In this document: positions 56,485 through 64,000 of the stretch, piece by piece
How the letters are laid out: each line of letters begins with the position of its first letter
Numbering within the stretch: the stretch's first letter is position 1
Virus record (IMG/VR): IMGVR_UViG_3300012933_000155
Span: 32,001 to 96,000 of that record
Strand: one strand, 5' to 3'
Origin: a virus
DNA length: 64,000 bases
Translations under genes and position numbers: made by a program
The notes under the pieces: model-generated
Seen by the model: the letters and a program-made list of their open reading frames with translations, nothing else
Told to the model about the DNA's origin: nothing
Databases searched by the model: none

Positions 56485-57080
56485 TGGCAACAAAGAAACC
56501 TGCAACACCTAAAGACGAAAAATTTGAGAAGCAAGACTTCGACTTGTTCGAGGCACTCTCAGCATTGGATCGTAAAGATTATACATACTTAGACAACTTA
56601 ACAGACGAGCAACAACGAAAGTTCGTCCCGTACATGATGACACATTGGATGAGTACTGTTAAAGACAACGGTGGAGTTCAAGGTTATTATGTGTTGAGTA
56701 CAGAGTATGCCGCTAACAAACACTTATTCAACGAGCATGTACAGAAACATCCTAAACTACAATGGTTGATGCTGTGCGCGGCAAGTCCTGGCTTAGGTAA
56801 GAAGTTCCATCAATGGATTCCTCACTTGTCTAGCAAAGTAGCAACATTGAAAGAGTCTCCTAAACTCAAAGATGTTAAAGACTATTACGCAAAGATTTAT
56901 CCCAAGGCTGCTCCTAGCGACTTAGATATGCTGGCAGAAGTGTTTGTAGACGAACACAAAAAGAAAGTGTATCTTGCAAAAAGATTCCCCGAATTAAAAT
57001 TATCCGACATTGAAGTATTAGCACAGACAGTAACAGATGATGACATTAGAGCATACGAAAGAGACCTTGGCAACGACTAA
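56484..57080 (+). CDS. Possible clamp-loader small subunit (T4 gp62-like)
   Basis: FVPYMMTHWMS...KHPKLQWLML...HQWI resembles gp62-type proteins (recall only). Confidence 0.45.
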   Translation: MATKKPATPKDEKFEKQDFDLFEALSALDRKDYTYLDNLTDEQQRKFVPYMMTHWMSTVKDNGGVQGYYVLSTEYAANKHLFNEHVQKHPKLQWLMLCAASPGLGKKFHQWIPHLSSKVATLKESPKLKDVKDYYAKIYPKAAPSDLDMLAEVFVDEHKKKVYLAKRFPELKLSDIEVLAQTVTDDDIRAYERDLGND

Positions 57081-57753
57081 GTACACCTGCGAGTTTTGTA
57101 ATAAAACATTTGCACGTGAGCGTACATTAGTTAGCCATCTTTGTGAGAAGAAACAACGATGGCTTAACAAGGATCATCCTGGCAACAGAATCGGGTTTCA
57201 AACTTGGGTTCAGTTTTACTCTAAACACAGCATGAGTAGGACTAAGAACAAAACGTATGAAGAATTTATTAACAGCCCGTACTATATTGCGTTTGCCAAG
57301 TTCGGTAGTTATTGTGTAGACACTAAGGTGTTGAACATTTCATTCTACGTTGATTGGCTTCTTAAAGAACAATTCAAACTAGATTCATGGACGAGTGATA
57401 CAGTGTACAACAAGTATTTGTGTCATTACTTGCGGCATGAGGATCCATTCGATGCTATCTATCGAGGTGTTGAAAACTGTTCCGAATTAGCAGAAGCAAA
57501 TAGTATTCAACCTAATGACGTATTTCGGTACGTTAACGCAAATCGGGTATGTCAGTACATCATAAACGGTAAAATATCACCATGGATGTTGTTTCAAAGC
57601 GACAGTGGTATCCGTTTTCTAGAGACATTAAATCAGGATCAAGTTACAATAATACTTGATTACATTAGTCCAGAACAATGGAAGTTGAAGTTTAACCGAG
57701 AGCCAGATGTTACTAGAAAAATACGAGACACCCTCAAAGACGCAGGGTACTAA
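57037..57753 (+). CDS. Zinc-finger protein (C2H2/C2HC-like N-terminus)
   Basis: YTCEFCNKTFARERTLVSHLC. Confidence 0.7.
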   Translation: MMTLEHTKETLATTKYTCEFCNKTFARERTLVSHLCEKKQRWLNKDHPGNRIGFQTWVQFYSKHSMSRTKNKTYEEFINSPYYIAFAKFGSYCVDTKVLNISFYVDWLLKEQFKLDSWTSDTVYNKYLCHYLRHEDPFDAIYRGVENCSELAEANSIQPNDVFRYVNANRVCQYIINGKISPWMLFQSDSGIRFLETLNQDQVTIILDYISPEQWKLKFNREPDVTRKIRDTLKDAGY

Positions 57754-57937
57754 AGTCACGCTTGAGTGGCGGCATGGACGAGACAATACTGAATCATGGA
57801 ATGAGATTTGCGCTTGGGTAATCGAGCAGTTTGGAATGCCTGGAACACTTTATACATGGCATCCAACAGAAGATTATATGCAGTTTTACTTTCATAGAGA
57901 ACAGGATGCGATTCACTTTATGTTGAGGTGGGCATGA
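57707..57937 (+). CDS. L[RK]W-family small protein
   Basis: AWVIEQFG...FYFHREQDAIHFMLRWA. Confidence 0.75.
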   Translation: MLLEKYETPSKTQGTKVTLEWRHGRDNTESWNEICAWVIEQFGMPGTLYTWHPTEDYMQFYFHREQDAIHFMLRWA

Positions 57938-58257
57938 ACAAACTACATGTATACCAAGATAACTTGTGCAAGGAGATAGTAATGACTGCACAAACACAAC
58001 TATGTACGCTTGGTGTCTATTATGCCCCTTACATGCCAAAGATTATGAAACCTAAATATCAATTCAGTCGTGCTAACTGGTTCAAAGCAAATTTTGACCA
58101 TAGAAAATACAATGAGGTACAAGAATGGTGTACTGACAACTTTGGTCCGCAGCCCAGATTTCCTGATGCATGGAGTCGCTGGGTACACACTTACGAAGAC
58201 CAGATTTTCTTTAGAGATAGCAAAGATTACGAATGGTTTATGTTACGATGGAGCTAA
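57934..58257 (+). CDS. L[RK]W-family small protein
   Basis: EWCTDNFG...FFRDSKDYEWFMLRWS. Confidence 0.75.
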   Translation: MNKLHVYQDNLCKEIVMTAQTQLCTLGVYYAPYMPKIMKPKYQFSRANWFKANFDHRKYNEVQEWCTDNFGPQPRFPDAWSRWVHTYEDQIFFRDSKDYEWFMLRWS

Positions 58258-58258
58258 A

Positions 58259-58696
58259 ATGAATTTGAATCACTTAACAGATAATGAACTTATCGACCAC
58301 ATCATTCGCTATGATGAAGACCCTGTGCGAGTTCGCCTTGCTACAATCATGCAACGCACTAAAGGTGCAATCATTGACGACTTAGAGTATGCGGGTATGG
58401 ATGATACATTCTGTAACTTTAAAAGCATTGTGAACGGGTGTGAGTACCATCCCGGACAGTATATCAGTCATCTTGAAGGTGAAATTGAGCACTTGTGGTT
58501 TATGTCAGAGCAAGACCAGAAAGAAATCAAGAACCTACAAGCAAGAACTATAATGGACGTCTTTGCTGAGTTAAAGCAAGAAATCAAGACGGCTGAGTAT
58601 TCAAAAGAACTAGCAATCAAAGACCGTGCTGCTGCTGAGAAGCGGGAACAAGACATGAAGCACAAACTTGACATGTGGGCAATCTTGCAACGATGA
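58259..58696 (+). CDS. Coiled-coil hypothetical protein
   Basis: Start ATG 58259 after GGAG. Confidence 0.7.
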   Translation: MNLNHLTDNELIDHIIRYDEDPVRVRLATIMQRTKGAIIDDLEYAGMDDTFCNFKSIVNGCEYHPGQYISHLEGEIEHLWFMSEQDQKEIKNLQARTIMDVFAELKQEIKTAEYSKELAIKDRAAAEKREQDMKHKLDMWAILQR

Positions 58697-59010
58697 TTAC
58701 TAGCATCTGGTACAACATCGAAGATAATACGCCCACTGTAGAGGGTTATTACCTTGCGTACAAGAAACCGTCGTTAGGTGATGATAGTGAAGGATACGGT
58801 GTATATTATTGGTGTCAGCGAGAAAGATGCTGGAGAGAATCTGCGGCGCTCCATTCATATGGTCTTAGAGTTACTCTTTGGTCAGAACTACCGGCACATG
58901 ACCCATATAATTCCACTGACCATTCACCTAGTGTTGCAGAAGTTGATGCTTGGCGTAATGTAGAGGATGCTATTAGTAAGTTCAACATGATAAAAGAATT
59001 GAGTAGATAA
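58693..59010 (+). CDS. Hypothetical protein (DUF551-like W...P...GxYL...W pattern)
   Basis: WYNIEDNTPTVEGYYL...VTLWSELP. Confidence 0.6.
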   Translation: MITSIWYNIEDNTPTVEGYYLAYKKPSLGDDSEGYGVYYWCQRERCWRESAALHSYGLRVTLWSELPAHDPYNSTDHSPSVAEVDAWRNVEDAISKFNMIKELSR

Positions 59011-59279
59011 TGGAATACTTTTATGGTGGCGGCGGCAACAATCGTCCTGTATTTAATCACAGATTCAAAGTTAAACAGTGTACTACTGAAATGCACAAGT
59101 GGGCAACAGCGTATCCTGAGAAAGGTCCCTTCAGTCGTTGGCACGTTGAGTGGGCTAGTGTCTATGGTACAATGGATAGACCAAGAGACTTTGACATTGT
59201 TCAGTTTGAACACAGCGAGGCAGCTAAAATCTTTAGAATCGCATTTGCCGGCGAGTACGAGGAAGTAGCATGGCTGTAG
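59010..59279 (+). CDS. Divergent L[RK]W-family protein; only TAG-terminated gene seen
   Basis: KWATAY...QFEHSEAAKIFRIAF; ends CTG TAG. Confidence 0.65.
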   Translation: MEYFYGGGGNNRPVFNHRFKVKQCTTEMHKWATAYPEKGPFSRWHVEWASVYGTMDRPRDFDIVQFEHSEAAKIFRIAFAGEYEEVAWL

Positions 59280-59506
59280 CTTCAAAGTACGATTATTGGT
59301 CGTTGCTGCGAATTCTCTATAAAGAGTATGAGAAACAATATACTGGATACTATGAACCAACGTGGACGGGTAAGAGTGATAGCTTTGACAAGTATGTTGA
59401 AACCCAGTATGGAATGCAAGTTAGCTTTGTTGATGGGATGATTACACAAGATTTTTCAATTGTAGATGAAGGTAAGTATGCGTGGTGCATACTCAAACAT
59501 AAATGA
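59270..59506 (+). CDS. L[RK]W-family protein (DExKY subtype)
   Basis: FSIVDEGKYAWCILKH. Confidence 0.7.
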   Translation: MAVASKYDYWSLLRILYKEYEKQYTGYYEPTWTGKSDSFDKYVETQYGMQVSFVDGMITQDFSIVDEGKYAWCILKHK

Positions 59507-59946
59507 AATTACGACTTAAAGCCCGAATCAGAAAGTATCTTGCTGACCGCAAGCTGAAAAATAGTGGCTATCGTTCTTGGCGTGTGTATCGTCATAACCG
59601 TGACCCTGATGTTGTGCGTTATGCTGACAAAGTAAGTGACTTCTACAAAAACTACAAATATGTGTATATGTGTGAAGGTGGCACAGCACATTATGCTTAC
59701 AGCGTAGTACATGATTATGGTCCAGGTGGATTAGTATTCGGATATGAAGAAATGCGTGATTGGTGTGAAAGTAAATGTAGATTCAAGTATCGGGTAGACA
59801 TTCATAGAGGGTTGAAACAAACTGGTCTAGGTATTAACGGTGAAGAATATCCTGATTATTACTTTAACGATATTGGTGGAAGTGACCTAGTGTTCTTTGC
59901 TTTTATGGATGAGCAAGACTATATCATGTTTAGGTTGAGGTGGTGA
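59503..59946 (+). CDS. L[RK]W-family protein, long form
   Basis: DWCESKC...FAFMDEQDYIMFRLRW. Confidence 0.75.
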   Translation: MKLRLKARIRKYLADRKLKNSGYRSWRVYRHNRDPDVVRYADKVSDFYKNYKYVYMCEGGTAHYAYSVVHDYGPGGLVFGYEEMRDWCESKCRFKYRVDIHRGLKQTGLGINGEEYPDYYFNDIGGSDLVFFAFMDEQDYIMFRLRW

Positions 59947-60206
59947 TGAAAGAACCTTTTATTATTAGAGAAAAGTTTCTAGTAGAAGTTGGTAGACCAT
60001 GGAAAGAGCCTTGGGCTGAGTATTTTCAAAACTTTTATCTTCATTGTCAAGAAATAGCAATAAAGAATAACTGGGTGGTTGATACAGTAGCAAACACTGA
60101 ACTAAAGCCACTAGGTGGCAAACTAATCAAAACTAAAACACAAGGTTGGTATCTACGTTGGGATGATGAAAAGTCTCATACATTTTTTGTATTGAAGTGG
60201 TCATGA
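59946..60206 (+). CDS. L[RK]W-family protein
   Basis: LRWDDEKSHTFFVLKWS. Confidence 0.75.
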   Translation: MKEPFIIREKFLVEVGRPWKEPWAEYFQNFYLHCQEIAIKNNWVVDTVANTELKPLGGKLIKTKTQGWYLRWDDEKSHTFFVLKWS

Positions 60207-60400
60207 AACAATACGGCATAGCAATTGAGAATTGGCCAGCATCTCGTAAAGTAGATGTTAAATGGTGGTTGCTTGAAAACTTTGGACCTGAAGACTCTCC
60301 TACACAAAAGGGGCGTTGGGGCTGTGCGTATGACTATGGGTTAGACAATATCTACATGAATGAAGATGTTTTTATAATGTATCAATTGAGGTGGGGTTGA
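60203..60400 (+). CDS. L[RK]W-family protein
   Basis: WWLLENFG...IMYQLRWG. Confidence 0.75.
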   Translation: MKQYGIAIENWPASRKVDVKWWLLENFGPEDSPTQKGRWGCAYDYGLDNIYMNEDVFIMYQLRWG

Positions 60401-60597
60401 TGGAAGTCTTTTACGTCACTTGGCAAACTGAAACCCCACATCGTTGGTGTGTAACATGCCCAAGTTTGCCGGCTGAAGACCAGTATGAACGAAGAAACTG
60501 GTGCTACTCACAAGAAATGAATTTTGTGAATGTAGGCGTAAGATTCTGGTTCGTAGAAGAAAAAGATGTTATAATGTTCAGATTAAGGTGGGAATAA
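60400..60597 (+). CDS. L[RK]W-family protein
   Basis: NWCYSQ...FWFVEEKDVIMFRLRWE. Confidence 0.75.
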   Translation: MEVFYVTWQTETPHRWCVTCPSLPAEDQYERRNWCYSQEMNFVNVGVRFWFVEEKDVIMFRLRWE

Positions 60598-60800
60598 TGG
60601 AATATCAAAGATACCCTCAATACACTAGTAACTGGACTAATGTTATTGTAGATCCAGCTTGGCGCGAACCAATCAAAGGTGAACATATTGCTTGGCTAAA
60701 AGCACACGAAGGTGGGTACTATCATCTTCATCGTAATGCCACTGCTGTTAAGTTTGAGCGCAAAGAAGATGCTGAATGGTTTATATTGAGGTGGCTGTGA
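60597..60800 (+). CDS. L[RK]W-family protein
   Basis: AWLKAHEG...KFERKEDAEWFILRWL. Confidence 0.75.
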   Translation: MEYQRYPQYTSNWTNVIVDPAWREPIKGEHIAWLKAHEGGYYHLHRNATAVKFERKEDAEWFILRWL

Positions 60801-61045
60801 TGGATTTAGAACTTGTAAAAACTATTGTAGCTAGGCAAGGACAGAACGAGTTTCTGAAAAATCCCATCGTACTGCCACCTGAAGCAAAAGTTGTCACCGG
60901 TCAAATCAAAGAAGATGCTTACTTGCATTTTCTAGAAACTACATGCGGTGTAGAGGTACTGTTGTCAGAATACCATCACGAGATAGTTGGGTACAATGTC
61001 ATTGATGAAAAGAAGTTTTCTTGGTTTGTATTGAGGTGGAGTTAA
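60800..61045 (+). CDS. L[RK]W-family protein (DExKY subtype)
   Basis: YNVIDEKKFSWFVLRWS. Confidence 0.75.
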   Translation: MDLELVKTIVARQGQNEFLKNPIVLPPEAKVVTGQIKEDAYLHFLETTCGVEVLLSEYHHEIVGYNVIDEKKFSWFVLRWS

Positions 61046-61392
61046 TGTTAGAAAAGATAAACAGAATGTTAAGTGTGTTCGGTGGAAAGGTCCAAGAACA
61101 AGCTACTGAAAAGTTTACTAAGCCCGGTGACCCATTTAGCCCATTTAAAGTAGAAAACGGGATGGTTGGGTTCAAGCCTTACCTAATTGTTGAGAATCAA
61201 AACGAAACTGTGTTATACTCTAATCATAAGTGTGTAGCAATTGATGTTAGCCCAAATGTTGAAGAATGGATACTTAATCAACCCCCGCACTTGTGGAAGT
61301 ACGCAGATGATACCTATGATTGTCATTATGCTATGACAAGATTTTTAGTAAATGAAGAATTATTAACTTGGATGACACTAAGATGGGCGTGA
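61045..61392 (+). CDS. L[RK]W-family protein
   Basis: EEWILNQ...VNEELLTWMTLRWA. Confidence 0.75.
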   Translation: MLEKINRMLSVFGGKVQEQATEKFTKPGDPFSPFKVENGMVGFKPYLIVENQNETVLYSNHKCVAIDVSPNVEEWILNQPPHLWKYADDTYDCHYAMTRFLVNEELLTWMTLRWA

Positions 61393-61688
61393 AACAATTT
61401 ACGGCTAACTATTCGATGAAAGCTGGTGATAACGACTTAGATACAATTGCAATAGCATACGCAAAGATTATCCAAGAAGAAATTGACAATGAGATTATGA
61501 TTGACATGCTGAAAATGAACGGTTGGATAGTTGTAAACCTTGAACGATTCAAAGACATGAAGCATCCGATTGATGTCCAAGACTGGTGTACTGATAACAT
61601 AGGTGATGGTAACTGGAAAAACTTAGGGCCTACGTTCTTGTTCCGTGAGAGCAAACATGCTGAGTGGTTTAGTCTACGATGGACATGA
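61389..61688 (+). CDS. L[RK]W-family protein
   Basis: DWCTDNIG...FLFRESKHAEWFSLRWT. Confidence 0.75.
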   Translation: MKQFTANYSMKAGDNDLDTIAIAYAKIIQEEIDNEIMIDMLKMNGWIVVNLERFKDMKHPIDVQDWCTDNIGDGNWKNLGPTFLFRESKHAEWFSLRWT

Positions 61689-61942
61689 CGTTTGGTGAAG
61701 GTCGTGTTTATGGCTCACGATATTATACTGTTGAACCTACAATCAGCTGGGATCTAACCGGTGATTGGGGGAATATAAATTCATGGTCACAGATGGAAGA
61801 ATGGTGTATTAGTACATATGGTTCAACCGGAGAGATATGGGGAGACGAACAGCCCGTACTACAACGTTGGTATATGAATAATGCAAAGTTTTGGTTCAGA
61901 GAGAAAAAAGATTTAGAATGGTTTGTATTGAAATGGAGTTAA
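61685..61942 (+). CDS. L[RK]W-family protein
   Basis: EWCISTYG...FWFREKKDLEWFVLKWS. Confidence 0.75.
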   Translation: MTFGEGRVYGSRYYTVEPTISWDLTGDWGNINSWSQMEEWCISTYGSTGEIWGDEQPVLQRWYMNNAKFWFREKKDLEWFVLKWS

Positions 61943-61943
61943 A

Positions 61944-62192
61944 ATGATTAATGTAGAAGTTACACCCGAATTGATTACCAACATAACACGTGCAGTACGT
62001 GCATGGAAAAGAGACACGGTTCCTTTAGAAGACGAAGAACAACACTTTGATACTTTTTGCAAAGAAGAACATGGCTTAGATGTTGAGTTCGGACAGAACG
62101 GTCACATCGTTGTAGTACTGGGTGCTACCATTGTTGACGAAGAAAAATACATCAACTTCTTACTAAAGTTCGGGAATATGCACGATGACTAA
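61944..62192 (+). CDS. L[RK]W-family protein (DExKY subtype)
   Basis: TIVDEEKYINFLLKFG. Confidence 0.7.
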   Translation: MINVEVTPELITNITRAVRAWKRDTVPLEDEEQHFDTFCKEEHGLDVEFGQNGHIVVVLGATIVDEEKYINFLLKFGNMHDD

Positions 62193-62478
62193 TGATATGA
62201 AAAACGCAGTGAAGCAACGCAAGATACAAGAGTTAGGTAGTTTCAACTACTGGACTGAGAATTACTATGGTAGTAAAAGGAATATCACTACTATAAGTTG
62301 GAAGGGCAAGGGTGAGGTTGATGGCAATGAAATTCGTCAATGGTGTATTGATAGATTTGGTAAGAGTGGTTACCGAGAAGATATCGAAGATAGCTACTGG
62401 GTTGACAATACAGAGTTTGGAGAAATCATGTTATGTAAGGATGAGTTCCTTACAGCGTTTCTATTGAGGTGGACTTGA
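62185..62478 (+). CDS. L[RK]W-family protein
   Basis: QWCIDRFG...KDEFLTAFLLRWT. Confidence 0.75.
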   Translation: MTNDMKNAVKQRKIQELGSFNYWTENYYGSKRNITTISWKGKGEVDGNEIRQWCIDRFGKSGYREDIEDSYWVDNTEFGEIMLCKDEFLTAFLLRWT

Positions 62479-62732
62479 AAATTGATTGGACTAGAAGTCT
62501 AGGGTGGAATTTAGATAGAGCAGAAATGGAACGTACTGACATTATCACTGATGGAGCAGATTGCTATCCATGGAAAGAAACGTTTGTCATATGGCCTCGT
62601 AGAAGCATCACGGGTGCTCCCTTGTTTTGGACAAAAGCATATAAGCGTAAGGTTTGGGTAATATGGGGCTCGGGTTTTCACATGGAACCTGAAGTACAGT
62701 ATGCTACGGCATTTGATATATTGTCTCTATGA
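62475..62732 (+). CDS. Trp-rich hypothetical protein
   Basis: TTG start after GAGGTG. Confidence 0.6.
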   Translation: MKIDWTRSLGWNLDRAEMERTDIITDGADCYPWKETFVIWPRRSITGAPLFWTKAYKRKVWVIWGSGFHMEPEVQYATAFDILSL

Positions 62733-62977
62733 TAACGATAACACTTAAACACGGACTAACCCCAGCTAGTGAGCAATGGCTTGCGAAGAACATCGGACCA
62801 CGTATGCACTACATTCATAATTCAATAGGTGGAGAAGGTTGGATAGCAAAACAACACAACGAGCAAGTAATAATGCATGACGAAGGTGGGAGTTACACCA
62901 GACACCAAAGAGTTTGGAAACTAACACTAGAAGATGAACGTTTTGCTAGTTGGTTTTTAATAAAGTTTCCACAATGA
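62729..62977 (+). CDS. L[RK]W-family protein
   Basis: QWLAKNIG...LEDERFASWFLIKF. Confidence 0.7.
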   Translation: MITITLKHGLTPASEQWLAKNIGPRMHYIHNSIGGEGWIAKQHNEQVIMHDEGGSYTRHQRVWKLTLEDERFASWFLIKFPQ

Positions 62978-63192
62978 AAGAAATTAAAGCTGAGGGCTGG
63001 CGCTCACATCAAGCACTAGAAGTAGTCAGTGCCCTAAAAGAACAAGGTTATGTTATGGGCGTAGACTTTGATTGGGAATATCATAAACCCAAACGTGATG
63101 ACACTACGTATCAGTTAGTGTATAATAGACATACCGTGTTTAGATTCTATAAAGATGAACTAGCAACATGGTTTAGTTTAAGGTATCTATAA
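62974..63192 (+). CDS. L[RK]W-family protein
   Basis: FRFYKDELATWFSLRYL. Confidence 0.7.
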   Translation: MKEIKAEGWRSHQALEVVSALKEQGYVMGVDFDWEYHKPKRDDTTYQLVYNRHTVFRFYKDELATWFSLRYL

Positions 63193-63479
63193 TGGCAATA
63201 TCAAGTATCGGAAGAAGTACAGGGACATTCGCTCCTTACACATCTATTGCTACTCAGTCGGATCGCACTGAAGTTCGCCGTTACGATGGAAGCGGTCGCA
63301 TGGTTCATGTAATTGACCTAGCATACCAAAAAATTAACGAATTAGAATACATCAAATGGTGTCGTAGAAACTTAGGCGACAGACATGATGGTTGGGACTT
63401 CTGGTTAGTCGGTGGACTCTTGTACATCGAAGTTTGGGGCGAGAAGCAAAAGTTTACCTATGAGATGTGGAAAAATTAA
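63192..63479 (+). CDS. Divergent L[RK]W-family protein
   Basis: KWCRRNLG...EKQKFTYEMWKN. Confidence 0.65.
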   Translation: MAISSIGRSTGTFAPYTSIATQSDRTEVRRYDGSGRMVHVIDLAYQKINELEYIKWCRRNLGDRHDGWDFWLVGGLLYIEVWGEKQKFTYEMWKN

Positions 63480-63772
63480 TGAACGAACTAGTAGCAGTAA
63501 ACGGCATAATTCAATCAGTGAACCAGTACATGAAGATAAGTGACAGGATCATCTTTCACCAAGCACCAGAGGCTGGTGCAATCATTTCTATCATGTCCGA
63601 AGAAGAAAGATTTGAATATAGGGCTGATGGGTCTACTTATGCGTTTCCTTGGCCAGCAAGTGAACGGGTAATGTATAAACAGTTCATGGAAGAAGTGTAC
63701 AAAAACAGAGATAACCCAACAGTTAAAGACCAACTAGAGAAATTGAAAGTGGTGATGGAGTTAGTAAGATGA
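63479..63772 (+). CDS. Hypothetical protein
   Basis: TAATG coupling. Confidence 0.65.
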   Translation: MNELVAVNGIIQSVNQYMKISDRIIFHQAPEAGAIISIMSEEERFEYRADGSTYAFPWPASERVMYKQFMEEVYKNRDNPTVKDQLEKLKVVMELVR

Positions 63773-63984
63773 ATGTAGCGAAAGAAAACATGTGGCGTAA
63801 TTTACAGGGACTAAAACCTGTACAGTCATGGAAATGCAAATTGAATTGGCATAAGTGGACTAATTACGAAGTCGTAGAACCTAGGAATGAGTTCAGTAAC
63901 CGCATGTATGCAGTATGTCATTGTGCAGATTGCGGAATGCCTAGAATTGAACAACCTTTTACAAAGAGTATAAAAAATGGCTAA
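63769..63984 (+). CDS. Small Cys/His protein (CKLNWHKW...CADC)
   Basis: Paralog of 53128..53349. Confidence 0.65.
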   Translation: MNVAKENMWRNLQGLKPVQSWKCKLNWHKWTNYEVVEPRNEFSNRMYAVCHCADCGMPRIEQPFTKSIKNG

Positions 63985-64000
63985 TGATATTATGATTGAC
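63977..64000 (+). CDS. Start of a truncated ORF, possibly a DEDD 3'-5' exonuclease
   Basis: MANDIMID resembles the start of ExoI motifs; only 8 codons visible. Confidence 0.3.

Noticed and set aside
58070-58258. Long N-terminal extension of the 208-aa ORF
   Set aside because: It overlaps an LRW-family gene in another frame; ATG 58259 has its own SD
59277-59450. Functional readthrough of the single TAG stop
   Set aside because: The extension overlaps the next gene out of frame and shows no recognisable features
1-64000. Genome-wide alternative genetic code (TAG=Gln)
   Set aside because: Core genes are full length in the standard code; only one in-frame TAG candidate was found
1-64000. CRISPR array, IS element or integrase
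   Set aside because: No regularly spaced repeat-spacer units and no transposase or recombinase motifs seen

Overview
This is a 64 kb segment of a large T4-like tailed-phage genome, read in the standard code. It carries terminase, gp32-like SSB, UvsX, UvsY, UvsW, DHFR/ThyA, spanins and tail fibres, with sigma70-type early and TAAATA-type late promoters. Layout: (1) 1.3-12.9 kb is a glycosyltransferase/carbamoyltransferase locus with an opposite-strand three-gene radical SAM cassette inside it. (2) 13-17 kb is a translation/stress module: a circularly permuted two-piece tmRNA (tag ANDESYALAA), ahpC-ahpD, a CUA-anticodon tRNA lying inside an open reading frame, and, 370 bp downstream, a late-promoter gene with a strong SD and an in-frame TAG at codon 5. 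TAG is otherwise almost unused as a stop in this window. (3) 18-32 kb is a minus-strand tail block with a four-member diversified paralog array, repeat-rich fibres and a double 2OG-Fe(II) oxygenase. (4) 32-57 kb holds MoxR/VWA, nucleotide metabolism, lysis, packaging and recombination genes. (5) 57.7-64 kb is a dense, translationally coupled array of about 17 small paralogs ending in F-x-L-[RK]-W, whose codons often double as the SD of the next gene. All calls are by-eye motif recognition; no searches or folding programs were run.
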